From Yuukianura sp. NJ FZ-2021 (taxonomy: Eukaryota): a DNA stretch of 64,000 bases. The DNA is taken from positions 8,866,001 to 8,930,000 of the forward strand of contig CM102286.1 in assembly GCA_046563655.1 (NCBI GenBank), in the 5' to 3' direction. The notes under the pieces were generated by a model. It was not told the origin of the DNA. It saw nothing but the letters and a program-made list of their open reading frames with translations, and did no database searches. The translations under genes and the position numbers were made by a program. Shown here in pieces: positions 39,509-50,736 of this stretch (position 1 is its first letter; each line of letters begins with the position of its first letter).

Positions 39509-42085
39509 ATGCGTCGTTTTTTGTTTCTCGCAAAAATTGTTTTTATTTTGCTAGCATCAGCAAGTTTAGAAGAATCAACAATTTCAGCAAAAACAACAAT
39601 TTCAGCTGAATCAGAAATGGAATCAGCAACATCAGGGGAATCAGCAATCTCAACGGAATCAGCAACCCCACAGGATTCAGAAATGTCAACGAAACCAGCA
39701 ACCTCAGAGGAATCAGCAACTTCAACTGAATCAGAGGCATCAGTAAATCCGAAGGTTCCAGCAACTACTTTTCAAGTTGTGAATCTACATCAACTGATAA
39801 ACCAGTTTCCACATAGGGACAACTTGATAATCGCTGAAAATCATCAATTCGAAATTACTTCAAGTTTTTCCGTTCCCATAAAGTTGTATTACGCGTGCCT
39901 CAAAAATGGAACTTGTGAACGCGCCATTGAGCACCTTTACGAAAGAAGTCACTTCAGAATTAATACATATACACTCACATGCATTCACAAACTAAATTAT
40001 ATTGAAGTTGTCATAATACGCACAAACATTATTCTCGCACTACCAGGATTCTTTCCTGGTGTTTTTGTTCCAGAACACAATTCCATTTATAGAGCTTCAT
40101 TTAGTGCAGTAGCTTCAGTTCATCTTATGGATCTCAAGTACTCTGATGACATGAGAAGAATGTCAGTGGAATTCTTTCCACATGCATTAATATTTTATCA
40201 CAATCTGAGCACCCATTCTCAACTCCTAGAGACTGGTCACATCTACCTTATTTCAAAAATATTTTTGGCATGCAAGTTAAGAGTATGGTCGCGGAAAGCA
40301 CGTCTTTATACATGGCGGCATACGTGGAACCAGATGAACACGACACAGGCGCTGTCTCTCAATAACTTTCGACAATTGGCCACAGCAGTTGAAGTAGAAG
40401 GAAGGAATGCTATTTTCTTTCCAGACGAAAATGTAACCGAGGGGAAAATAGCTGTTGATAAAGTTTTGAATCCGTTCAAAGCACATGACCTTGTACCTGA
40501 GTGGTATGATTTTGATAAATACGTTGGTTTACTCTTACACTATAAGCAGGGGATACTCGTTTCGCAGAACAAAAATAATTTCATAGATGAGATAAAGTCA
40601 AGACAATGGGGGTATGGTCTGAATTTAGTTCATCCAAATCCCATGAATTATATGTTCTGTTTCGTCCGAATTACAAAGCAGGCCATAAACTTCTTAACTT
40701 GTGATGGCATGAGTGACGCCATAACTTTTGAAATTTATACAAAGCCATACGATACTTGGTCTTGGGGTGCAATGTTAGTAACCGGAATTTTGTTAATATG
40801 TTATGCTACTTTGGTCGTATGTCGGCAATCATACAAAACGTCTCTACATCTCGTTTGTTTAGACTTTTTCTTTGTGTTTTACGGAAGTCTAGTTGAAATG
40901 TTTCGTGAAACACAATATAATATTGGTCGAAATCGCAAAATACTTGTGATTAGCTTATGGATGTTGATGACTGTAATCCTGACAAATGCATACAAGGGAG
41001 TGGTCGTTTCGTATTTAACCAAGGGAAGATCAATTTGGCAAAAATACGACAAGTTCAATCAGTTAGAGGGCTTTTTAGTGTTAACCAATTATCACCATGT
41101 GCTCGGATACATCAACGGTATTTTTGATTTCTACGATACCTATACCGTTCTTCCAGAAGAGCTCAAGCCACTTTTTTACTGCGAGTGTGATTCGTATGTA
41201 TCTGCAAGCGAACCCAAACCAAAAATTTCCTTTCATTCATGCGCAGTTGGTATTTCTGAAAATGCTGCTCTCAAAGGAGTAGTAGATTTCACGAACTCAA
41301 GCAGTTTCCAATGCCTGGAGGGCAATATTGGCCTTCCTAACCTGGCCTTCGATTGCCATGACGAATACATATACGTTAACAATACTGAACAAAGTTATAG
41401 TATGAGGTTTCCTGATGATGATGACTTGACGGTAAGGCGTAAATTCCCATCATCATTTATACTTGCTGATCTCTACGTGCTGTCCACAACCATACTTCAT
41501 CTACCCGTACGTATTCAACGAACGCTTTCTGCAATTCTGTCGCTATGCTCCAATGTGGCCCTGCTGGCAACAGAGGCAGAATTAAATGTATTTTTAGCGT
41601 ACTACGATAAGGAACGTAAAGGTTTAAATTCTATTAGAGGTAAAGAAGTGATCTTTCGTAAAGGAACGGAACCACTAGTTACATTTGTTCTAGGGTACGA
41701 AGCATTTGAGCAGCATCAATACGTACGATTGCAGCAACTCATGCAGTCTGGAATTTATGAACTGTGGGAAGAATGGTTTCCCATCACTAGACCTAATGCA
41801 ATAGATAGGCTAATGAATGAGCACGAAAAAACTCAATTACTGAGTCGAAACCCCAAAAAACTAAAGTTGACAGGAAACATTGTAACATGTTTTTATATGA
41901 TTCTGTGTTGTTTGGGTTTGTGCACTTTAGTACTACTTTACGAAGTAAGACTACTAATTCATTATTATTTGAGTCAACTAATAAGTAATTTAAAAATGAT
42001 CATTCTATATTATGTCAAACTTGGAAAACTTAAATCTTTTCTCGTAGAACTATTTACCAATACAAGCCAAAACAACGGGAACTGA
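39509..42085 (+). CDS. Divergent ionotropic receptor (IR/variant iGluR-like chemoreceptor), intronless, 858 aa
   Basis: Signal peptide; pre-M1 FEIYTKPYDTWSWGAML; re-entrant segment; M3 LWMLMTVILTNAYKGVVVSYLT; S2 LQQLMQSGIYELWEEW; pre-M4/M4 PKKLKLTGNIVTCFYMILCCLGL. Confidence 0.82.
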   Translation: MRRFLFLAKIVFILLASASLEESTISAKTTISAESEMESATSGESAISTESATPQDSEMSTKPATSEESATSTESEASVNPKVPATTFQVVNLHQLINQFPHRDNLIIAENHQFEITSSFSVPIKLYYACLKNGTCERAIEHLYERSHFRINTYTLTCIHKLNYIEVVIIRTNIILALPGFFPGVFVPEHNSIYRASFSAVASVHLMDLKYSDDMRRMSVEFFPHALIFYHNLSTHSQLLETGHIYLISKIFLACKLRVWSRKARLYTWRHTWNQMNTTQALSLNNFRQLATAVEVEGRNAIFFPDENVTEGKIAVDKVLNPFKAHDLVPEWYDFDKYVGLLLHYKQGILVSQNKNNFIDEIKSRQWGYGLNLVHPNPMNYMFCFVRITKQAINFLTCDGMSDAITFEIYTKPYDTWSWGAMLVTGILLICYATLVVCRQSYKTSLHLVCLDFFFVFYGSLVEMFRETQYNIGRNRKILVISLWMLMTVILTNAYKGVVVSYLTKGRSIWQKYDKFNQLEGFLVLTNYHHVLGYINGIFDFYDTYTVLPEELKPLFYCECDSYVSASEPKPKISFHSCAVGISENAALKGVVDFTNSSSFQCLEGNIGLPNLAFDCHDEYIYVNNTEQSYSMRFPDDDDLTVRRKFPSSFILADLYVLSTTILHLPVRIQRTLSAILSLCSNVALLATEAELNVFLAYYDKERKGLNSIRGKEVIFRKGTEPLVTFVLGYEAFEQHQYVRLQQLMQSGIYELWEEWFPITRPNAIDRLMNEHEKTQLLSRNPKKLKLTGNIVTCFYMILCCLGLCTLVLLYEVRLLIHYYLSQLISNLKMIILYYVKLGKLKSFLVELFTNTSQNNGN

Positions 42086-42639
42086 AGTGAACAGCACATT
42101 TATTATTACCACCAAGAAGAAATCTAAAATATTTGTTTGGCTTTGAGGTCGAATTTTTGATAAGCAGAAGTTGCGGATTCCGTGTTAAAGTTTTTCATTT
42201 TGGAAGTCAATTTAATTGTGTATTAATATCTCTTCACATTTCGTGTAGAATAAACTTATCAGAGATAAAAGTGTTGAAGGAGTGGTTTAAAATAAGGTTT
42301 ACCTTGTGTAAGCATCATCATTAATTATTATATTATATAAAACGAATAGATTTTCATCAAACAAAAACTTTTCTAAAACAAAACTCTAAATTTTTCTTGT
42401 TAAGGCTTAAGAATACCCTGGAACCGGGGGGTAAAAATGCCACTGTAACTCATGAATTTAGAACTGGTTTAGGTCAACGCAGGAAGGTCGTACAATTACC
42501 CACAATATATCAAACTTTGGGAAAAGGAGTTGATCTGGTTTCTGTTTAAGAAAAGACTACAAAATTGCAGTTCTAAGAATTAAAAATATAGAGATGAAAT
42601 ATTTGGGTCGATTTTATTCATAGTTACAATTAAATTTTT

Positions 42640-43935
42640 TTTAATTTGCACCAGAATCATGTTTCAGTTTTGAGGCCCACAATATCTGCACTGAATTGAT
42701 GTTATTAATTTGTTCAGCAAGATCGCACAATGTATTATCGATGTTGCCATGACTATGTATTATTAGCGAACAACGTTAATTTAAGTTCATCAAAATGTTG
42801 TTCAAATTGGGCTCAGATTTCACTCTGCTCAAAATCATTTTGATGCACAATTGTTCTCAAGAATGCACAAACTTTCAGTTGTGTGCATCATGCACAAAAT
42901 TGAACGCTGGGTGTGGGGGAGGGGGCTGGGGGTGTCGAATGCCGCTTTCTAAAAATCAAAATCGATTCCAGTAAATGCACAATTCAACGTTTATGTATCC
43001 ATGTTGGTCATAACTGTGCAACATGCACAAAAATGAACTCTGAGGTGAGATGTCGAATATCGCTTGTTAAAATCGAAGTTTAAAAAATCTACTACATATT
43101 ACAGCATCTCTAACACAGTCCTCCTGTCCTCTGTGTGTGAGTGAAATGAGAGTTAACTCCTGGCTCTCTTATTCACTTTGTGTGAACAGGAGCAAAACAT
43201 AAACAGTTAACTCTCACTCAAGCACACGAGGAAAACAAGCTATATGTCATAGTAGTGGTCTTCTTATCCACTCTCCTCATTTACTCTCCCAATAGCGAAT
43301 CTACCCTCCGCTGCGCGCATGACAATTTTGTACAAACAACGGTTGAAATAAACTAAATATTGGATAATTGCACCCAACATTTGTTTTTGGCCCGTGTTTT
43401 TCTAAATTTAACTATTGTGTAATCGTTTTTTGTGCGATTAGTCAGTCAAACTGGTACGTACGCTACAGTCTAGAATCTTTCGGTGGCCGTAGGCCACCGA
43501 AGATTCTAGTTTCTAGTAAATGCAAATTTGACCCCTGTCATGCACTATTCTCATATTAAACATTTAAGCCGGATTTTCTACCCTCTGTTCAGTCTTAATT
43601 TAACAACGTAATTAAACATACTGTCAGAAAATGACAAGATCAAAACTCCGTTGTATATAAATATATTGAGTGCAATCGAGACCAAAACAGTTTCGCCAAG
43701 CCACGATACAGCGCATATGTAAAGTATACGCCAACTTCTACGTTGTTAATTTAACACTTTGAGTGGAATGTAGACCTACTGAAAACTCTTGAGCCATACT
43801 TAACCTCTCGACTGCGATGGGGCTAATGTTTCAGTGAAAAGTGTCCTAGAAAACGTTACAGACAGACAGACAGACAAAGTCGTATCAATAGTCTTCTTCA
43901 GCACGTCGTAGACGTGCGTCTCCAGAAGACTAAAA
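42640..43935 (-). mobile_element. DINE-1/HINE-like element, 3'-truncated, interrupted by a mini-Helitron
   Basis: Family 5' terminus at 43878-43935; body collinear with 44880-45593 on both sides of the insertion at 43088-43509. Confidence 0.75.
43088..43509 (+). mobile_element. Non-autonomous Helitron (422 bp)
   Basis: Inserted between A and T (aaaaaa|tttctagtaaatgc) with no TSD; starts TC; ends with the hairpin tcggtggcc-gta-ggccaccga and CTAG. Confidence 0.88.
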
Positions 43936-44702
43936 TGTAAAAACTAAAATCTATTAAAAGTAAACACTATTCGCGTTAAATACAGCACTTTATCTTGGTT
44001 TAAAAGAAATACCTCGAAACGTTCTTACAGAATTTTGAACTTTCTGATGCCGAAATTCATAGATCAGTTTTATAATTTCTATAGTTTTCAAAAGTACCAT
44101 GTAATTGGCTTAAATGACGTCATTTGACGCTATACGTTCCGTAAATTAATTTAAATGAAGTATCAAATTCATGAATTTTACGACGCCACCGTCACTTGGC
44201 TTCATAACTTCTCTAAATACTGTAATTTTTAAACCACGGGAAAACGGAAAACCTGCATTATTTAAACCATATTTGTGTGGTACACAATTGCGTCGTTTGG
44301 GTTATGTCAACCATGGTGTTGCCTGGGCCAACGAACCCAAATTCCAAATCAACAAACTGCCAATCGTTTTGAGTTGAACTATAATCAAGAACGATATTCG
44401 ACCCGTTCTCCTAAACGTTCAATTTTGTGCATTTTGTGTACCACAAATTAACAAAATCAATTTAGTGCAGATCTTTTCGGCCTCAAAACTTTAGCAGGAT
44501 TTTGGTTCAATTAAACGGTAAAATTGCCAAGACATTTGGTGCACAAAGTAGGATCTCACAGTCGCACTGAAAATTTTGAGTGACGTTTTAGAGCTTCAAG
44601 TGCATGAAAACGTTTTCTCCGTTAGTCCACAGTTTTGTGTTAGGCCGGTCTAAATGTCGTATCAATTGTCAACTCCCTCCAGAAGACCTATGCTCAACCC
44701 TT

Positions 44703-45593
44703 GTTGACAATTGATACGACATTTAGACCGGCCTACCGCAAAACTGTGGACGAATTAAGAAACCGTTTTCATGGAACTCTAAAACGTCGCTGAAAATTTT
44801 CAGTGCGAATATGAGATCCAATTTTGTGCATGATGAGTTGCACCAAAATTTTCTTCTCAATTTTACCGTTTAATTGAACCAAAATCATGTTAAAGTTTTC
44901 AATCCCCAAATATCTGCACTAAATTGATGTTGTTAATTTGTTGTGCACAAAATGCACAAAATTGAACGTTTAGGAGAAGATGTCGAATACCGTTCTTGAT
45001 TGATGTTCTTAATTTGTTGAGGAAGATGCACAATGTATTGCGGATGTTGTCATGGCAATGCTCAAGGTAGTTCTTAAACCTGCACAAACCTTCATTTGTG
45101 TGCATCATGCACAAAATTGAACGTTGAGTGGCAGGTGTCGAATATCGTTTCCTTAAAATCAAAATCATAAAAATTTCTTGTGAATGCAAAGTGGAACCCT
45201 GTCAAACACTGTTTACATATTATAAATTTGAGCCGGATTTTTCACACTCTAACTAGGCCTAATTTAACAACGTAATTAAACTAACTGCCAGAAAATGACC
45301 AGATCAAAACTTCGTTGTTCATAAATATTTTGAGTATAATGCAGACATAACACAAAAATATTGAGGACTTAAGAAACAGCAACGCGATGCAAAGGCAAAC
45401 CTTGTGCGTTGTTAATGTAAGACTTTGAGTGCAATGTATACCTAATGAAAATACTTAAGCCATACATAACCCCCTTACTGCGATGGGGCTTATGTTTCAG
45501 TGCAAAAGATGATAAAAAAGCGAACGGACGGACACAGTCGTATCAATAGTCTTCTTCAGCACGTCGTAGACGTGCGTCTCCAGAAGACTAAAA
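44703..45593 (-). mobile_element. DINE-1/HINE-like element fused tail-to-tail with an inverted partial copy (~44385-44702)
   Basis: Family 5' terminus at 45535-45593; the 3' region joins the truncated stem-loop ctatgctcaacccttg of the opposite-strand copy. Confidence 0.78.
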
Positions 45594-45846
45594 TGGCAAA
45601 AGTTATCAAAACAAGGTAGGTCGATGCTCAAGGGTTGAGCATAGGTCTTCTGGAGGGAGTTGACAATTGATACGACATTTAGACCGGCCTACCGCAAAAC
45701 TGGACGAACTGAGAAACCGTATTCATGTAATTGAAGCTTTAAAACGTCACTGAAAATTTTTAGTGCGAATGTGAGACACTACTTTGTGCATGAGTTGCAC
45801 CAAATTTGTCTTGGCAATCTTACCGTTTAACTGAACCAAAATCATG

Positions 45847-47388
45847 TGTAGTGAAATAAGGCCTTTTAGGCCTAAAAGAAACAAGACGCAAAGGTCAACA
45901 CACTACAAGTTTTTGTGCCTCGCTTATTGCGAGGGAAAAATGAACTTTTTATTTCGAAAAGTTAAATGTGAAACTCAGTTTGACCTCGCAGAGGTCAAAC
46001 TGGCGAGTAGTAAAGTCTTCTGCTCCAAGCAGAGCAGAAGGAAGAAGTGTAATGAATTGTGTGCACAGTCGGCGCTGGGTCCTTTTATAGGGCCCAGACC
46101 GGAAACCACAGGAGTAAGATTTAGCTTTGTCTTACTCGAGTTTTACATAAAAATCTATTTTTAGTAAAACAAAGTGCGACAAACTAGTTTGATCTGGTTT
46201 GGGTCCGTTATGGGCCCAAACTTACATAATGTAAAAAGAGACAATGAATAGAAGTTGATGTGCAATTTAGCACAAAAGGAAACAAGGTAGGGCAATGCTC
46301 AAGGGTTGAGCATAGGTCTTCTGGAGGGAGTTGGCAATTGATGCGACTTAAACCGGTCTGCCTCAAAACTGTAGAACTGAGAAACCGTTTTCATGTAGCT
46401 GATGCACCAAAACGTCGCTCAAAATATTCAGTGCATATGTGGGGCCTTTTTGTGCACAATTGCACCAAAATGTGAAAAAACCGTTTGCATAAGAATGTAG
46501 TTCAGCTTTAGTCCTGAACAGTTTTCACTCTCCTGAAAATTATTTTGATTCACAACATTTTTGCATCAAATTGTTCTCAAGTATGAACACAATTAGAATT
46601 CCATTAAATCTGTTCATATAAATGCACAATTATTCTGATGTAATCACCATTCTAAAAGATGTATGTGCAGTTATTCTCCAGTATGCACAAATGTTGAAAT
46701 AACAAGGTTCATTACTCAGCGTCAAAATATCTGCGCAATTTGACACTTATGTGCATTTACTTATAAGTGTGCACGAAATTAAACGTTGAGAGGCAGGTGT
46801 CAATTATAGCTTCTTAAAAATCAAAACGCATGCACCATGTGTTAAGTCATGTACATAAATAACAGAGTCGAATATCATTTGTTTAAGATCAAAATTATAA
46901 AAATTTCTTGTGAATGAAAATTTCAAACCTGCCAACAACTATTTACGTATTACGAATTTAAGGCGCATTTTCTACCCTCTAATCAGTCTTAAGTTAACAA
47001 CGTAACTAAACATACTGCCAGAAAATGACCAGATCAAAACTTCGTTGTTTAAATACATTTTGAGTGTAAACGAAACCAAAACAGTTTTGCGGAGCCACGA
47101 TACTGCGGGTACGTAAAGTAGCCGCCAACTTTTACGTTGTTAATTTAACACTTTGAGTGCAATGTAGACCTACTGAAAACTCTTGAGCCATACATAACCC
47201 CCCGACTGCGATGGGGCTAATGTTTCAGTACAATGAGTCCTAAAAAACGTGACAGACAGACGGACGGACAGACGGACAAAGTCGTATCAATAGTCTTCTT
47301 CAGCACGTCGTAGACGTGCGTCTCCAGAAGACTAAAATGTAAATTGTGACGATACTTGGAAGTTGAGAAACGGACGAACTTCATTACA
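45847..47388 (-). mobile_element. Putative solo LTR (~485 bp) split by a HINE copy
   Basis: Termini tgtagtgaa...ttcattaca (TG..CA, short inverted ends); on the minus strand TATAAAA (46083-46089) precedes AATAAA (45948-45953); the host element resumes at gttaaagtttt. TSD not clean. Confidence 0.6.
46280..47337 (-). mobile_element. Full-length DINE-1/HINE-like element
   Basis: Both termini present: stem-loop atgctcaa-ggg-ttgagcat plus subTIR gtcttctggag at one end; microsatellite, hairpin and ctccagaagactaaaa at the other. Confidence 0.85.
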
Positions 47389-48573
47389 CGTTAAAGTTTT
47401 GAGGCCGAAAACTCACTGCACTGAATTGATGTTGTTAATTTGTTGTGCACCAAATGCACAAAATTGAACGTTTAAGAGAAGGGGTCGAGTATCGTTCTTG
47501 ATTGATTTTCTTAATTTTTTGAGGAAGATGCACATAATGTATTGTCGATGTTGTCATGGCAATGCTCAATGTAGTTCTCAAACCTGCACAAACCTTCAAT
47601 TGTGTGCATCATGCACCAAATTGTACGTTGTGGGGTAGGAGCAGCCCCCTGCGTTCAACCCCCTTAGCAACCAACGCCAGCTTTTGTTTGTGACGTCACT
47701 CGTTGAAAAATACCGGAATTCGGGGAATAATGATGGTATCCCATAGAAACCCATATATTGTTTGATGTTTAGATACGCGCCTCGGATAATAAGCTGACGA
47801 TTACGGTATTTTTCAACGAGTAACGTCATAAAAAAATGCCGTGGTAACCTAACAAATTTTCTGTTCGCACTACCTGTAGTATTCTATTTACCTTGGGGTA
47901 GGAGTCGAATATCGTTTCTTTAAAATCCAAATCATAAAAATTGACTTGTGAATGCAAATTTGACCCCTTTCATTCACTATTCACATATTAAACATTTAAG
48001 CCGGATTTTCTACCCTATAACTAGGCTTAAACTAACAATGTGAATAGACATACTGTCAGCAAATGACAGGGTCAAAACTTCGTTGTTTAAATATATCTTG
48101 AGTGTAATCGAAACCAAAATGTTTTCGGGAAACGACTACACTGCGTGTGCGTAACGTGGCCGCCCATTTCTACGCTGTTAATTCTACAATTTTAGTGCAA
48201 TGTAGACCTAATGAAAACACTTGAGCCACACATAACCCCCCGAACAAATTGGGGCTTATGTTTCAGTGCAAAGTATCCTAAAAAATGTGACGGACGGACG
48301 GACGGACAAAGTCGTATCAATAGTCTTCTTCAGCAGGTCGTAGACGTGCGTCTCCAGAAGACTAAAAAATATACAAATTTGTTCAAATTGGGCTGAAAAA
48401 AATAACAGGAAAACACACCTCTCACAATTCAGCTTCAGAAAAAAAAATAGAAAAGAAATATCAAGTAAACGTCGACAGCATTTTACCATAGAAAACTTTG
48501 AATGTTTTGCATTTTGAACTAATTTTGGCAAAAATTAGTGATATTTCTTAATTTTCGGGACTTTTCGTACATA

Positions 48574-49428
48574 TTTTAGTCTTCTGGAGACGCACGTCTA
48601 CGACGTGCTGAAGAAGACTATTGATATGACTTTGTCTGTCTGTCTGTCACATTTTTTACAACACTTTCTACTGAAACATTAGCCCCATCGCAGTCGGGGG
48701 GTTATGTTTGGCTCAAGTGTTTTCATTAGCTCTACATTGCACTCAAAGTCGTACATTAACAACGCTAAAGTATGCGGCTGTTTCGCGTTGCTGTTTCTTA
48801 AGTCGTCAAAATTTTGTGTTAGGTCTGCATTATACTCAAAATATTTTTTAACAACGAAGTTTTGATCTGCTCATTTTCCGACAATATGTTAATTTACGTT
48901 GTTAAACTAAGACTGATCAGAGGGTAGAAAATGCGGCTTAAATGTTTAACATGTGAATAGTGCATAACAGGGGTCAAATTTGCATTTAGTAGACAATTTT
49001 GATTTTCACAAGGTATATTCAACCCCTCGCCCCAGCGTTCATTTTTGTGCATGTTGCACATGTATTGCACATCAATGTAAAATTGTGCAGTTCTTTTGAC
49101 GCTGGGTAATGGACGTTGTGATGTCAAATTCTGTGCATGTGGGAACAATTGTGCAGCAAAATAATTTTGAAGAGAGTGAAAACTGTTCAAGGTTAGGACA
49201 ACATTTTGATGCAAACGGTTTTTTAACATTTTTGTGCAATTGTGCACAAAAGGTCCCACATCTGCACTGAAAATTATGAGCGATGTTTTGTTGCATAAAT
49301 CTAGTAAAAACGGTTTCTTAACGTTTCTCCTAGACGGGTTTACGGACAGCCGGTCTAAAAGCCGTATCAATTGTCCACTACCTCCAGAAGACCTATGCTC
49401 AACCCTTGAGCATCGCCCTACCTTGTTT
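48574..49428 (+). mobile_element. Full-length DINE-1/HINE-like element
   Basis: ttttagtcttctggag...(gtct)n...ctccagaagacctatgctcaacccttgagcatcgccctaccttgttt. Confidence 0.85.
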
Positions 49429-49749
49429 GGAACTTTTTAACCAATTTTAAAGACTTTCTAAATGCTAAAAACGCCGTTTGTTGGAGCGTACTTATCCGAT
49501 CCTTGATTATAATAAATCAGCCCATGAAGCCCCAAAGCTGATCCATTCCATCCCAAATGCTGGGTTATGCTACGGTTATGGGTTGCAGCAACTGGCCGTA
49601 CCAATAGTATATTTCCCTCCACAAATGGTCGTCATAAATGAAATGATCATTATTTTCGAGTTCATGTACTGTGGCAGTGCTCCGAGATGCTTTAAAGAAG
49701 TTGCTTTTAAAGTAAATATAGAAAGCACGGGTTTTCTTGCTTTCTGCTG

Positions 49750-50736
49750 TTTTAGTCTTCTGGAGACGCATGTCTACGACATGCTGAAGAAGACTATTGA
49801 TACGACTTCGTCCGCTTGCCACATTTTTAGGATACTTTGCACTGAAACATAAGCTCCATCGCAGTCGGTGGGTTATCTACCGCTCAAGTGTTTTCTCTAC
49901 CTCTGCATTGCACTCAAAGTGTTAAATTAACAACGTATAAGTTAGTGACTACTTTACGTACCCGCAGTTTCGTGGCATGGCGAACACATTTTGGTTTCGT
50001 TTACACTCAAAATTTTCTGACAGCTACTTTAATTTCGTTGTAAATTTAACCTAGTTAGAGGGTGGAAACTCCGGCTTAAATTCGTAATACGTAAACAGTG
50101 CTTCGCAGGGTTCAAATTTGCCTTTGCAAGAAATTTTGATTTTAACAAACGATACTCGACTATAGCTTATACCCTTAATTTCAAACATTGTGCATTTACA
50201 TGAACCGATTTCGATTTAAAAGAAGGGATATTTGACCCCTACCCTGAATGTTCAATTTTGTGCACACTTATAAATGTAGATGCATATAAATGTCGAATTG
50301 CGCAGTTATACCCTGAGTAATGAAAGTTGTTATTTCAAAATTGGTGCATACTGAAGAGCCACTGCACATACATCTTTTAGAATGATGATTACTTCCGAAT
50401 AATTGCGCATTTACATGAACAGATTTAAACGCATTCTAATTTTGTGCATACTTGAGAACAAATAATTTTGAAGAGAGTGAAAACTGTTAAGAGCTCAAGT
50501 TGCACAACATTTTTAATGCAAACGGCTTTTTCACATTTTGGTGCAATTGTGCACAACAAAGCCTCACATCTGTATAGAAAATTATCAGCGACGTTTCGGT
50601 GCATAGATCTCGTGAATACGATTTCTTAGCGTTTTTCTTGAACGGGTTTGCAGACAGCCGGTATAAAAGCCGTATCAATTGCCAGCGCCCTCCAGAAGAC
50701 CAATGCTCAACCCTTGAGCATGACCCTACCTTGTTT
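49750..50736 (+). mobile_element. Full-length DINE-1/HINE-like element
   Basis: Same termini as 48574-49428; ends ctccagaagaccaatgctcaacccttgagcatgaccctaccttgttt. Confidence 0.85.

Larger units (their letters stand above)
45608..48367 (-). mobile_element. Full-length DINE-1/HINE-like element carrying nested insertions
   Basis: 3' end aaacaaggtaggtcgatgctcaagggttgagcataggtcttctggag at 45608; 5' end ...ctccagaagactaaaa at ~48367; interrupted at 45847-47388 and 47642-47893. Confidence 0.78.
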
